A DNA stretch of 64,000 nucleotides from IMG/VR virus record IMGVR_UViG_3300045988_159857, positions 1 to 64,000 of that record; one strand, given 5' to 3'. The notes beneath the pieces were generated by a model. The model was not told where the DNA came from. It was given only the letters and a program-made list of their open reading frames with translations, and ran no database searches. The position numbers and the translations under genes are program-made. This document shows positions 52,986 to 61,192 of the stretch, piece by piece; position 1 is the first letter of the stretch; every line of letters starts with the position of its first letter. Source of the DNA: a virus.

Positions 52986-53018
52986 GTCATTTAAATATTT
53001 AATAGACTTAGTTGTTTT
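52975..53018 (-). terminator. Intrinsic terminator (14-bp perfect stem)
   Basis: Stem 52975-52988 with 53005-53018 (AAAACAACTAAGTC/GACTTAGTTGTTTT). The T-run is continuous with the stem. Confidence 0.65.
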
Positions 53019-53030
53019 ATATAACCAGCT

Positions 53031-53720
53031 TTATATATGTTTTACTGTTGTAATATTTCCTTGAAATCCTAATCCATTAACTGTTCCGGAACTTCTTGTT
53101 GCTTTAGACATACTTTTGGTATCAACAATAAATTCCATCATACAACCATTAGATAGTGTGTAAGAATGTGTACTATCTGTATGTTTATCACTTTTAATAT
53201 CTGCCAGAATAACTTTCCAGTGAGTACCTTCGTCTGTTTCTATATATAGTTTATCGCCAACTTTTCCATAATGAGTACCCATTGCTACACAATAGTAATC
53301 ACCTATTTTTCTTAAACCGTTCTCGTCGGTTACCGCTTGTTGTTGTAATTTGTAGGCAAAACTGTTTTTATTTGTTATTGTTCGGTAGTCCATATAACTT
53401 TTGAACGATGAACATTTTACCTTTGAAACAATATTGTTATTACTTTTTTGTGTTTGGACACTTAAATTATCAATCTTTTCTTGTAACGCCTTGTTTTCAC
53501 TTTTATACTTTTCTAACTCCTCATTCAAACTATCTTGTTCGTTTTGTAATTGTTCAATCTGTTTATTTAATAAATCAATAGTACTTTTGCTACCTTCAAT
53601 TTCTTGCTTATAGTTATATATTATATTATTAAAAGTATAAAACGTTGTACAACAAAAGATAATAAGCGATATAGCAACTATAATTTTAATGTTAAACTTG
53701 TAAGATGTTTTAATTATGAT
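53031..53720 (-). CDS. Membrane-anchored coiled-coil protein with a C-terminal beta-barrel-like domain (possible cell-wall-active)
   Basis: Track ORF 53031..53528 (TTG start). The frame stays open 64 more codons, encoding a TM helix (IKIIVAISLIIFCCTTFYTF) and a continuous coiled coil. There is no ATG/GTG/TTG, but GGAG lies 6-12 nt before in-frame ATC-ATA-ATT (53720-53712). Confidence 0.5.
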   Translation of the reverse strand: MIIKTSYKFNIKIIVAISLIIFCCTTFYTFNNIIYNYKQEIEGSKSTIDLLNKQIEQLQNEQDSLNEELEKYKSENKALQEKIDNLSVQTQKSNNNIVSKVKCSSFKSYMDYRTITNKNSFAYKLQQQAVTDENGLRKIGDYYCVAMGTHYGKVGDKLYIETDEGTHWKVILADIKSDKHTDSTHSYTLSNGCMMEFIVDTKSMSKATRSSGTVNGLGFQGNITTVKHI

Positions 53721-53807
53721 ACTTTACTCCTTTCGTAGATGACAAGTGTCATCTCCGCCGGTTATAGTTCACAAACCTCCTTTTCTTTTAGCTTAGGTTT
53801 CAAGTTT

Positions 53808-53841
53808 ATGTAAAATACAAACGGGTTTAATCCCGTTTGTA
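53808..53841 (-). terminator. Intrinsic terminator
   Basis: 11-bp stem, 53814-53824 with 53831-53841 (ATACAAACGGG/CCCGTTTGTAT), followed on the minus strand by TTTTAC. Confidence 0.6.
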
Positions 53842-53858
53842 TTGTTACCATTCGTTTA

Positions 53859-54386
53859 TTAAGCTTCCAAATCATTAAGTTTATAAATATTTGCAAACTT
53901 AATAGTTTGTATTTCATTTCCTGAACTACCGTTGTTTTTCGTGAAATACAAATCTATTATACAATTTTTATAAGGGGAACCTTCAAGGGTTTCTGTGAAG
54001 AGGTAAATTCCTTCTTCAGGCCAAATTGTCAGAAACTTTGATTTTGTATTTGATTTTTCATTTAAGTTAGCAACCTGAAGGTAATAATTTGTAGTAACTA
54101 AATTATATTTAACTTTGTTTTCAACAATCCACTTATAATTATTTGTAGACTTTCTTTTTGTATCTTTTTCTTGTCTATTTTTAAGTCTTTCTACGACACT
54201 TCTAATGTTGTGATAATTAACACCTACTCGAGCACTTTTTTCAGTAAACTTAATTATCTTAAGACCTTTTTTATAAAAATCAGCTTTAACAGGTAATTCT
54301 GTTCGGTAACCTACTCTAACAATTCTTCCATTACCAATGTCAGTAACCTTTTTAATTAACTTATCCTTTTCAATTGTTCCAAACAT
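53859..54386 (-). CDS. Hypothetical protein
   Basis: Track ORF 53859..54443. Start moved to MFGTIEK (SD AAGGAG). The longer start lies upstream of the predicted transcription start. Confidence 0.55.
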   Translation of the reverse strand: MFGTIEKDKLIKKVTDIGNGRIVRVGYRTELPVKADFYKKGLKIIKFTEKSARVGVNYHNIRSVVERLKNRQEKDTKRKSTNNYKWIVENKVKYNLVTTNYYLQVANLNEKSNTKSKFLTIWPEEGIYLFTETLEGSPYKNCIIDLYFTKNNGSSGNEIQTIKFANIYKLNDLEA

Positions 54387-54418
54387 TTTAATAATCTCCT
54401 TATTTAATTTACACTTAC

Positions 54419-54451
54419 AGTATAGTATATTTTTAGTTAACATTCAACTAA
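54419..54451 (-). promoter_or_regulatory. TTAGTTGA-type promoter built over a TAG stop
   Basis: -35 TTGAAT (54442-54447), a 17-nt spacer and -10 TATACT (54419-54424). Confidence 0.55.
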
Positions 54452-55017
54452 AACTTATTTGAAGTTATTTCTTTATGTAGTTTAATGAAATCCCAGGCCT
54501 CTGAAATGTTTTTAACTCGTATATCATAATAATTAAGTTGACAGTTATGATTATATGGCTTATCAATAAGTATTCTTATACTATCACTATTTTTAATATT
54601 TTCTTCATAATCATCAATTATATAATCACATTTTATAATATCTTTATGTGAGGTAAAAATTATGTCAGAAGCTTTAATTACATTACCAAAATGGTTTAAT
54701 ATAGAGTCTTCCATTTTCGCCTTGATTGTTCGATAATCAGAATCAGTAACTATATAAACAATGTTGTCTTTCTTCATCTCTTTTATAACGTCAATATAGT
54801 TGTTACTAACAGGAACATTTAACCAAAAGTACTCATTATATAAGGGTTCAAAAATTTCTTCTTTTGAAAGTGTTGGAAAAACTTTAGTCATATCCCAATT
54901 ACACACTTCGTTTACATTAACCCGTGTTCCGTGTTTGTTGTTTAACCAGTTAATCCAGGTTATTAACATATCGTTTAATACTGAGTCATAATCACATAAT
55001 ATAATATCGTTAGACAT
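54448..55017 (-). CDS. HAD-superfamily 5'(3')-deoxyribonucleotidase-like protein
   Basis: N-terminal DxD motif IILCDYDSVLNDM and a downstream VYIVTDSD...IIDD pattern. Confidence 0.5.
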   Translation of the reverse strand: MSNDIILCDYDSVLNDMLITWINWLNNKHGTRVNVNEVCNWDMTKVFPTLSKEEIFEPLYNEYFWLNVPVSNNYIDVIKEMKKDNIVYIVTDSDYRTIKAKMEDSILNHFGNVIKASDIIFTSHKDIIKCDYIIDDYEENIKNSDSIRILIDKPYNHNCQLNYYDIRVKNISEAWDFIKLHKEITSNKF

Positions 55018-55047
55018 ATTTGTAACTCCTTAAATTTATGTAATTAT

Positions 55048-55080
55048 ATTTTAATATTTATTTAGTACATAATCAACTAA
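55048..55080 (-). promoter_or_regulatory. TTAGTTGA-type promoter
   Basis: TTAG + -35 TTGATT (55071-55076), a 17-nt spacer and -10 TAAAAT (55048-55053). Confidence 0.5.
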
Positions 55081-55091
55081 AAAATAATTGT

Positions 55092-55124
55092 AAAATAAAA
55101 CACCGGTATTAAATACCGGTGTTT
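55092..55124 (-). terminator. Intrinsic terminator after tRNA-Gln
   Basis: 12-bp stem, 55098-55109 with 55113-55124 (AAACACCGGTAT/ATACCGGTGTTT), followed on the minus strand by TATTTTA (the U-run itself lies in the stem's 3' arm). Confidence 0.7.
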
Positions 55125-55161
55125 AAGTAAAGGAGGACACAAAAATATAACAAACAATATA

Positions 55162-55235
55162 TGGCAGGAATAAGTTGATTCGAACAACTACTGCAGCAGT
55201 CAAAGTGCTGTGTGCTACCGTTACACCATACTCCT
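55162..55235 (-). tRNA. tRNA-Gln (anticodon UUG), CCA encoded
   Basis: AGGAGTA/TATTCCT (one G-U pair), D arm GTGT-AACGGTA-GCAC, CAGCA-CTTTGAC-TGCTG, AGTTG-TTCGAAT-CAACT. Confidence 0.85.
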
Positions 55236-55244
55236 ATATCAAAA

Positions 55245-55312
55245 GGCCTGGTACATAAAGGAAGGAAGATAAATAAAACAATACTAAATACTACGGAGGT
55301 ATGTACCAGGCC
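55245..55312 (-). other. 13-bp GC-rich hairpin with a 42-nt loop immediately 5' of tRNA-Gln
   Basis: GGCCTGGTACATA (55245-55257) pairs with TATGTACCAGGCC (55300-55312). On the minus strand it is followed by TTTT, then 5 nt, then the tRNA. Confidence 0.6.
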
Positions 55313-55322
55313 GAGGAATAAT

Positions 55323-55646
55323 TTACATTTCTGACTCTACTTTATTAAGCGTATTTCGATAGTTATCGAGTTCGGCGCTAGAATCATTTACATACTTTAT
55401 CATTTTTCTAAGATAGTTTTTAGATTCATAATACTGTTTAAGAGCCTCACGATATTTTTCATTAGCTCTTTTGTATCTTTTATCTCCAACAAGAACGTCA
55501 CAACGACATTTTGCAAGTCTGGCACCCTTAAGAGGGTCATATTTATCATTAGCAGAACAAACAGCCTTACATTTAATAGTTTTGCCGGCATAATGACTTA
55601 CACAATAAACTATATGTTTATCATCATTGAAATAATATCTATACAT
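55323..55646 (-). CDS. Hypothetical protein
   Basis: 107-aa ORF, SD AAGGAGATTTGG. Confidence 0.55.
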   Translation of the reverse strand: MYRYYFNDDKHIVYCVSHYAGKTIKCKAVCSANDKYDPLKGARLAKCRCDVLVGDKRYKRANEKYREALKQYYESKNYLRKMIKYVNDSSAELDNYRNTLNKVESEM

Positions 55647-55684
55647 TTTTCCAAATCTCCTTATCCAAATTTACATACATATAT

Positions 55685-55718
55685 ATTATATAATATAAAT
55701 GTAAAAATTTTCAACTAA
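55685..55718 (-). promoter_or_regulatory. TTAGTTGA-type promoter
   Basis: TTAG + -35 TTGAAA (55709-55714), an 18-nt spacer and -10 TATAAT (55685-55690). Confidence 0.55.
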
Positions 55719-55836
55719 TTTTTAATATTTCAGTTAACCTTTACAACAATATCATTTGTTATCTTGTAAAGTATACAAATATCGGGTGATGGATGAAAAT
55801 ACTCTAAACATAATAATTATTTAATATCCAAAGGTT

Positions 55837-56028
55837 TTAAACATATATTTCCTCATCCGAGTGTGGTCCAAATTTATTTTGATATTTAAACCTGTACGAT
55901 GATTTGGTAACAACACTAGGTGAGCAATGATATAAAGTATCATCTTCCAATTTAATATAAATTAAAGGGTCATCATCCCCACTAAGTATAAAACCTTTAC
56001 TTTCTGTAAATGTGTACTTAATTTTCAT
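55837..56028 (-). CDS. Hypothetical small protein
   Basis: 63-aa ORF after promoter 56085-56117. Confidence 0.5.
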   Translation of the reverse strand: MKIKYTFTESKGFILSGDDDPLIYIKLEDDTLYHCSPSVVTKSSYRFKYQNKFGPHSDEEIYV

Positions 56029-56084
56029 AATCTTTAAACCATTTCCATTCTACCATTGTATCGCTACCTAAATTTTATACTTAA

Positions 56085-56117
56085 ATTATAGTAAATATTA
56101 AATAAATTATCAACTAA
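56085..56117 (-). promoter_or_regulatory. TTAGTTGA-type promoter
   Basis: TTAG + -35 TTGATA (56108-56113), a 17-nt spacer and -10 TATAAT (56085-56090). Confidence 0.6.
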
Positions 56118-56150
56118 AAAATACATTATTTTTAAAAATGCGAAACATAA

Positions 56151-56181
56151 CGGGGAAAAGACCGTCATGTCATTTTCCCCG
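56151..56181 (-). terminator. Intrinsic terminator after the endolysin gene
   Basis: 9-bp stem, 56151-56159 with 56173-56181 (CGGGGAAAA/TTTTCCCCG). T-rich tract downstream on the minus strand. Confidence 0.55.
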
Positions 56182-56205
56182 TATCACAATTTAAATAAAA
56201 ATAAA

Positions 56206-57288
56206 TTACTTGTAAATCTTAAGTACTTGTCCAACATAAATCCTGTTAGGATTAGAGATACCGTTGTCAGAAGCTATCTTACGATAGTTTGTATGGTATT
56301 TTACAGCAATACTAGAAAGGGTATCTCCACGCTTAACAGTATAAGTTACATAAGAAGGTTTGGGTGTACCAACTTTATTGTTTACAATCTTTTGGATAGT
56401 ATCATAATCGTAACCTGCTGCAGTTAACTTATTCTTACGTTCAGCTCCATTACCCCATTGCCCCTTAAGTACTTCGTTAGCAATTTCTTCATTTGATTTA
56501 ACAGGAACAGTTTTAGTTACTCTTTCGTTAACAATTTTTTGAACAGCACTGTAGTCGTAACCAGCTTCTGTCAAACGTTGTTTACGTTCATCACCGTTAC
56601 CCCATTGTCCGTTTATAATTTCCGTAGCAATTTCCTCATTTGATTTCTTCACAGGAACGGTGTCGGTTGTAGTATCAGAAGATTTAATAACTTCATTATA
56701 CATAATGTTCATATCAACGTTTCCTGAAATACCGTCTACAGAACCCTTTGATGAATACTGCCAAATATCGTATGTTCTTGTAAAGTCGTTAACCTTCGAG
56801 GCGTATTCTGCTACCCACTTACTAACATTGTCGTACCAAGCATCGGTCATTTTCTCGTTCCAGAATGCCGAGCGTGACGAATAAATACCCATCTTATAAC
56901 CAGCTGCGGTTAACTGATTATAAAATTCTTTCATTATTTCTAACATTTTCTCGTTACTAATTGTTCGCCAGTCAAGTCCTTTTGTATTCTCGACATCAAT
57001 GTACACAGGACCATCAATAGTCTTACCATTAAGTAATCTCTTAATGTGAGACATTTCACTAGTTACTTTACTTGTTGTTAAAGCATAACTAAAGAAATAT
57101 ACCGAGACAGGAATACCTACCCTGCGACACTCAGCATAGTTTCTTTCAAACTGTTTGTCATCTTGTGATTTAAGGTCATTACCAAGACCACAGCGAATAA
57201 TAGCGAATTGTACACCAGAAGCCTTTACTTTGTCCCAGTTAATTTCGCCTTGATATTTCGACACATCAATACCTTTAAATTCTGCCAT
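56206..57288 (-). CDS. Endolysin: GH25 muramidase + two CW_7-type repeats + LysM
   Basis: [29 protein letters not shown] (GH25). Two repeats of the form ...GQWGNG(D/A)ERK..LT(E/A)AGYDY..(V/I)QKIVN. C-terminal [16 protein letters not shown]...GQVLKI (LysM). Confidence 0.85.
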   Translation of the reverse strand: MAEFKGIDVSKYQGEINWDKVKASGVQFAIIRCGLGNDLKSQDDKQFERNYAECRRVGIPVSVYFFSYALTTSKVTSEMSHIKRLLNGKTIDGPVYIDVENTKGLDWRTISNEKMLEIMKEFYNQLTAAGYKMGIYSSRSAFWNEKMTDAWYDNVSKWVAEYASKVNDFTRTYDIWQYSSKGSVDGISGNVDMNIMYNEVIKSSDTTTDTVPVKKSNEEIATEIINGQWGNGDERKQRLTEAGYDYSAVQKIVNERVTKTVPVKSNEEIANEVLKGQWGNGAERKNKLTAAGYDYDTIQKIVNNKVGTPKPSYVTYTVKRGDTLSSIAVKYHTNYRKIASDNGISNPNRIYVGQVLKIYK

Positions 57289-57319
57289 ATAATAATCTCC
57301 TTTTTAATTATTTAATATT

Positions 57320-57487
57320 TTAGGTAAGTGTTTCTTTGTAAGGACATGTTTCTAAACACTTGTCTAAGTCACAATAAGTGTCATATACAGCGTCGAACAC
57401 ACTGTTATTCTGTTCCATCGCTTTTTCTTTTATTGAGTCTCCAACAGGACATTCATCACACTTTAAGTATTTTGTTCTATCAAATAT
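57320..57487 (-). CDS. Possible Cys-rich mini-protein lacking a canonical start codon
   Basis: My translation: (I)FDRTKYLKCDECPVGDSIKEKAMEQNNSVFDAVYDTYCDLDKCLETCPYKETLT. In-frame ATA at 57487, 8 nt after AAAGGTGGG. The only ATG (57418) would remove the CxxC. Confidence 0.3.
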   Translation of the reverse strand: MFDRTKYLKCDECPVGDSIKEKAMEQNNSVFDAVYDTYCDLDKCLETCPYKETLT

Positions 57488-57488
57488 A

Positions 57489-57677
57489 TCAATTACCCAC
57501 CTTTACATATAACCCACAATGACAAGGTCCAGGGTCCTTACAGTTTATAAAATCTTTACACATACATTTAGTGTCTTCATTTTTAATTAAACGACAAGGA
57601 CAATATCCATCATTATCTTTTAATTTCTTTCTAATGGAGTTTACAAGACTTTCGTCATTGTTGACGACTATCTTCAT
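57489..57677 (-). CDS. Ferredoxin:thioredoxin-reductase catalytic-subunit-like (FTR/FDR-like) mini-protein
   Basis: 62 aa with GYCPC-x9-CMC-x11-CHCGLY, the CPC...C.C...CHC pattern of FTR beta-type proteins. Confidence 0.5.
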   Translation of the reverse strand: MKIVVNNDESLVNSIRKKLKDNDGYCPCRLIKNEDTKCMCKDFINCKDPGPCHCGLYVKVGN

Positions 57678-57678
57678 T

Positions 57679-58152
57679 TTAACTTATCACCTCAGCATAT
57701 TGATTGTCACTTACTAAATCTATTCCTAATATTTTGTCATAATGGGGTTTTTGATTGGGAATAAATCTCCCGTATTTGATAATGATATTTTCATATTTAC
57801 TTAACCAAAGTACTTTATCTTGTAACTCATCTTTATAATATCCTGTGTAGATAATAATTTTTGCATCAGTATAATTTCGCGCTGTCTTTACTAAGCTCTT
57901 TAAATCTTCCCAACTATCAAAAGGTTCCAACCCTCCACAAACAATTGCTTTTGTGATATTGTTATTTATGAACTTTTTAACAATTGAACCTTCCGTTACA
58001 TAAATATCTTTTTCATTTGTAAGGGAGATGTTTTGACAGACACAGTTCCCATTTTCCTTGTTACATTTGAAAGAACACTTTGGAAAGATTATAAACATTG
58101 AAGGTTCTTTGTAATTACAGAAATCCTCGTATATTATATCTTTAACAAACAT
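57679..58152 (-). CDS. nrdG: Anaerobic ribonucleotide reductase activase (NrdG-like radical-SAM protein), atypical Cys spacing
   Basis: Architecture parallels T4 NrdG: ...DFCNY...IIFPKCSFKCNKENGNCVCQN...VCGGLEP...IIIYTGYY...KYGRF. Lies directly downstream of nrdD. Confidence 0.65.
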   Translation of the reverse strand: MFVKDIIYEDFCNYKEPSMFIIFPKCSFKCNKENGNCVCQNISLTNEKDIYVTEGSIVKKFINNNITKAIVCGGLEPFDSWEDLKSLVKTARNYTDAKIIIYTGYYKDELQDKVLWLSKYENIIIKYGRFIPNQKPHYDKILGIDLVSDNQYAEVIS

Positions 58153-58611
58153 TTACATCACCATGTCGTGTTCTAATACCGAGTACCACTTACGCATATC
58201 TCCTTCTTTACGGCGAACCGTTTGCCAACTACTAACAGGGGTGTAGAAACCTACAACTCTACGGTATTTGTCCTTAACGCCTTTCCCACACATAGGGCAC
58301 TTTGTAGTTCCTATGAAAGAGTGTCCGTCTTCACATACATTTATTGTGGTAGTAAACGCCGAATATATTACCTTATGTTCCGCAAGATAATTTAACATTT
58401 CCCAAGCAGCTTCTTCTGTCGGGAATCTATTTTCAATGTTAATGTGTGCAATAGCTCCTCCGCTACAAAGATTGTCTAATACACTACTTACAGCACACTT
58501 TTCTTCAATAGTACATTTTTCATAAAGGGGTATCCACTGATTTGACAGTATAAAGTATGAGTTGTCTCCTGTAACTACTTTAGACTTTATATTTAATTCA
58601 TTGAACTTCAT
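58153..58611 (-). CDS. nrdD: Class III ribonucleotide reductase NrdD, C-terminal fragment (Zn site + glycyl-radical domain)
   Basis: LSNQWIPLY, CEDGH...CPMCG and RRVVGFYTPVSSW (glycyl-radical motif). Start moved to ATG 58611 (AAGGAG 8 nt upstream). Confidence 0.8.
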   Translation of the reverse strand: MKFNELNIKSKVVTGDNSYFILSNQWIPLYEKCTIEEKCAVSSVLDNLCSGGAIAHINIENRFPTEEAAWEMLNYLAEHKVIYSAFTTTINVCEDGHSFIGTTKCPMCGKGVKDKYRRVVGFYTPVSSWQTVRRKEGDMRKWYSVLEHDMVM

Positions 58612-59428
58612 TACCATAACTCCTTAATTCACTAATAAAATTTTCAAACTGACTGCGATATATCGTCATATAGTTTAATTTATTTTTAATTGCAAGTTCA
58701 TGTTTTTTCTTGTCTAAGATTGACCAAGTGTATATTATCATATTTGACCAATCGTCTCCTTTCTGAAGTAGTTCGTTCAGAACTTTTACATCACGGTCGC
58801 ATTTATCATTGTATGCGTGGTCAAAATGTGAGGGGTGTATATTCAACTCAATAAATAAATCTTGTGATTTTATATAGAAATCACACTTATAAGGGTATCT
58901 TTCATCTGTGTATTGACATATTATATCATCTTTATTATATTTACATTGTAAGGCTTCGTAAGCAAGATGTTCATAACTAGAAGTTGCATATGTCCCATTT
59001 TTCTTGCGGGTTTCGTTTGCAACCATACTTCTTCTTTTATACTCTTCTTTCGAAATAGTTTTTCTATTCCTTCTTGCAGAATCAGACATCCTTTTGTGGT
59101 ATAAGTCGTACTCCTCTTTTGTCCAAGAATTTCTGGACTGTTCTTTTTTGTATTCCCTATTATCACGATAGTCGTCCGAAACATTTTGCCAGAACTCTTT
59201 TAGGGTATTAGAAATCTTCTCACTACGTTTACGGTTGTATTCTTCCCACATACCATTATTCTTTAATTTATCATTAACTTTTCTAACCCCGGCACCAGAT
59301 TTTTCATTAAGTTCTTTCTGATTCCAATTTCCAATTGACCATCCCTCATCAATATATCTTGACAAATCCTCTGTTCTCACTTTAGTGTTTATGTGGTCCT
59401 TATTTATAAAAGTATATATCTTTCCCAT
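58598..59428 (-). CDS. Free-standing PD-(D/E)xK-like homing endonuclease inserted in nrdD
   Basis: Basic repeat-rich N-terminal region. Core YPYKCDFYIKSQDLFIELNIHPSHFDH resembles the core of ORF 10089-11558. Start moved to MGKIYTF (SD AAGGTGA). Confidence 0.55.
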   Translation of the reverse strand: MGKIYTFINKDHINTKVRTEDLSRYIDEGWSIGNWNQKELNEKSGAGVRKVNDKLKNNGMWEEYNRKRSEKISNTLKEFWQNVSDDYRDNREYKKEQSRNSWTKEEYDLYHKRMSDSARRNRKTISKEEYKRRSMVANETRKKNGTYATSSYEHLAYEALQCKYNKDDIICQYTDERYPYKCDFYIKSQDLFIELNIHPSHFDHAYNDKCDRDVKVLNELLQKGDDWSNMIIYTWSILDKKKHELAIKNKLNYMTIYRSQFENFISELRSYGNEVQ

Positions 59429-59494
59429 CAAATCACCTTTACCAATTGATTTTACGTATATATACAATTTTAAATTTGAAATCAGTGGTTACCT

Positions 59495-61189
59495 TTAACG
59501 TATTCTATATCTTTCTATGTATTTCTCGTCCATATCTAATCCATTTCGAATAGCGGTGTCAAATGTCACCTTTATGTCACCATTTTTTTTAGTTACTTTA
59601 ACAATATTAGTGCTATTTATCTTGTAATAGTGGTCCTTGTATTCAAATTCATAATCATAAGCGAGTTTTCTTGCATCCTCAAATAAAAGTTTGTCTGCAG
59701 CACACATGACTCCTGCAGCGTTTTCAGCCGGTATCTGTTCAATATTAAACGTAAACTCGTCTGTAAAATTATCTTTCACATCATTAAGGACATTAAATAT
59801 ATCTTTTGCAAACTCAATACCCTCTTCTGTGTAAGACTTGTATCCCAATTCATCTGTTTGAATGAAACCAAACTCACACATAACTTCATACATTCCAAGA
59901 ATACCTATAGTACAGTATTGTTTATCAAGTTCTACGGCACCTTCTTGATAATTTGGAAGTAATCCTTTTTCAATATTACGTTTAAGTATATGTCGCATAG
60001 CATATAAAGCCTGACAATCAAGGGTTGTTCTCTCTCTTAATTTATCTAAGTACCTTTTCTTGTTACACTTAGTTTCATAAGCAATACGTACAAGGTTTAT
60101 TGTAGAAACACGACAACTACCTACACTAAGAGCACTACCACCTACACTATTTTGAAAAGCTGTTAATTTTGAAGTATCTGAAAGTAATCTACAACAGTTA
60201 GATAACGAGGTTACTTGGTCACTAATAAATAAATTACTATCAGCCCATTTCATGTTATGTTTACTAGCCCAACGAGCAAATTCCTCGTCTTGAAACCTAC
60301 CATCCTTATACAGAAATGACATAGTTAGAACAGGAAAAGTAAACATTTGTTCTGAACGTATGTCAGACACAACTCTCATAAAGTCTTTTTGGAACTGCAT
60401 TATTTCTTCAATACTGTCTATTGCAAAAGTTCCGTCAGGATATTCAAGTCCCCCAAATAAGGCCTCTAAGTATTTTCTATCAAATATAGACATATTTGTA
60501 AAGGCACTTTGGTCAATCCTTAAAAAGGGCTGGTTAAGTCTAAATATCAACTTTTGGAAACACTGGTCTCTGTAATATCCAGGGTCTTTTATGTAAAATC
60601 CTGTCTCAATATCCTTTTTCCAGAACCAATATGCCCATATTAAAATATTTGGAAGTCCTACTGCCCCACTTTGTCTATTAGATAAAAAAGATATAAACTC
60701 TATGCAGTCATCAAGAAATGTAGTTAAATGTTTTGCTGGTTTGTTGTTATAATTGTTTCCGAGGAAGAATAGTCCTTCGCGAGCTAATCTTGATAAGTCT
60801 TGTGCCCAACAATAGGCGAATAAACTACATGAAGTACTATCATTAAGATAAAAACCTTTACTAAATTCTTGTTCCAACCAATCTTTAGCTACTTTAATTC
60901 CAAAAAACTTCTTTATCTCTATAAAGACTTTATTGAGTCCAAAAAGTTTGTCAGAACTTTTTCCTTTTTCAGTCATAAAGGAACGTATGTCACGATGACT
61001 TGAATTAGCATTAGGGTCAATTGAGGCATCAGCCAAGTTTTCAGCTACAATAAAATTTTTCAAAAATTCAGAATAATCTAATTGTGACTCGTCAACACCG
61101 TTAAGTATTTCAAAATCGTTGCCATATTTTATACGCAGGGCATTGAGGGTGCGTTCAAAATCTTTGTTAAGTTTCAACTCGATTTGCAT
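59495..61189 (-). CDS. nrdD: Class III ribonucleotide reductase NrdD, N-terminal fragment
   Basis: SNCCRLLSD, GSCRVSTINL and NIEQIPAENAAGV are typical NrdD segments. The last ~50 aa (YDYEFEYKDHYY...ERYRIR) look unrelated to NrdD. Confidence 0.8.
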   Translation of the reverse strand: MQIELKLNKDFERTLNALRIKYGNDFEILNGVDESQLDYSEFLKNFIVAENLADASIDPNANSSHRDIRSFMTEKGKSSDKLFGLNKVFIEIKKFFGIKVAKDWLEQEFSKGFYLNDSTSCSLFAYCWAQDLSRLAREGLFFLGNNYNNKPAKHLTTFLDDCIEFISFLSNRQSGAVGLPNILIWAYWFWKKDIETGFYIKDPGYYRDQCFQKLIFRLNQPFLRIDQSAFTNMSIFDRKYLEALFGGLEYPDGTFAIDSIEEIMQFQKDFMRVVSDIRSEQMFTFPVLTMSFLYKDGRFQDEEFARWASKHNMKWADSNLFISDQVTSLSNCCRLLSDTSKLTAFQNSVGGSALSVGSCRVSTINLVRIAYETKCNKKRYLDKLRERTTLDCQALYAMRHILKRNIEKGLLPNYQEGAVELDKQYCTIGILGMYEVMCEFGFIQTDELGYKSYTEEGIEFAKDIFNVLNDVKDNFTDEFTFNIEQIPAENAAGVMCAADKLLFEDARKLAYDYEFEYKDHYYKINSTNIVKVTKKNGDIKVTFDTAIRNGLDMDEKYIERYRIR

Positions 61190-61192
61190 ATA

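Noticed and set aside
58598-59494. An intein as the explanation for the interruption of nrdD.
   Set aside because: The insert is not in frame with either NrdD piece. Stop codons separate all three ORFs, and there are no intein splice-junction residues.
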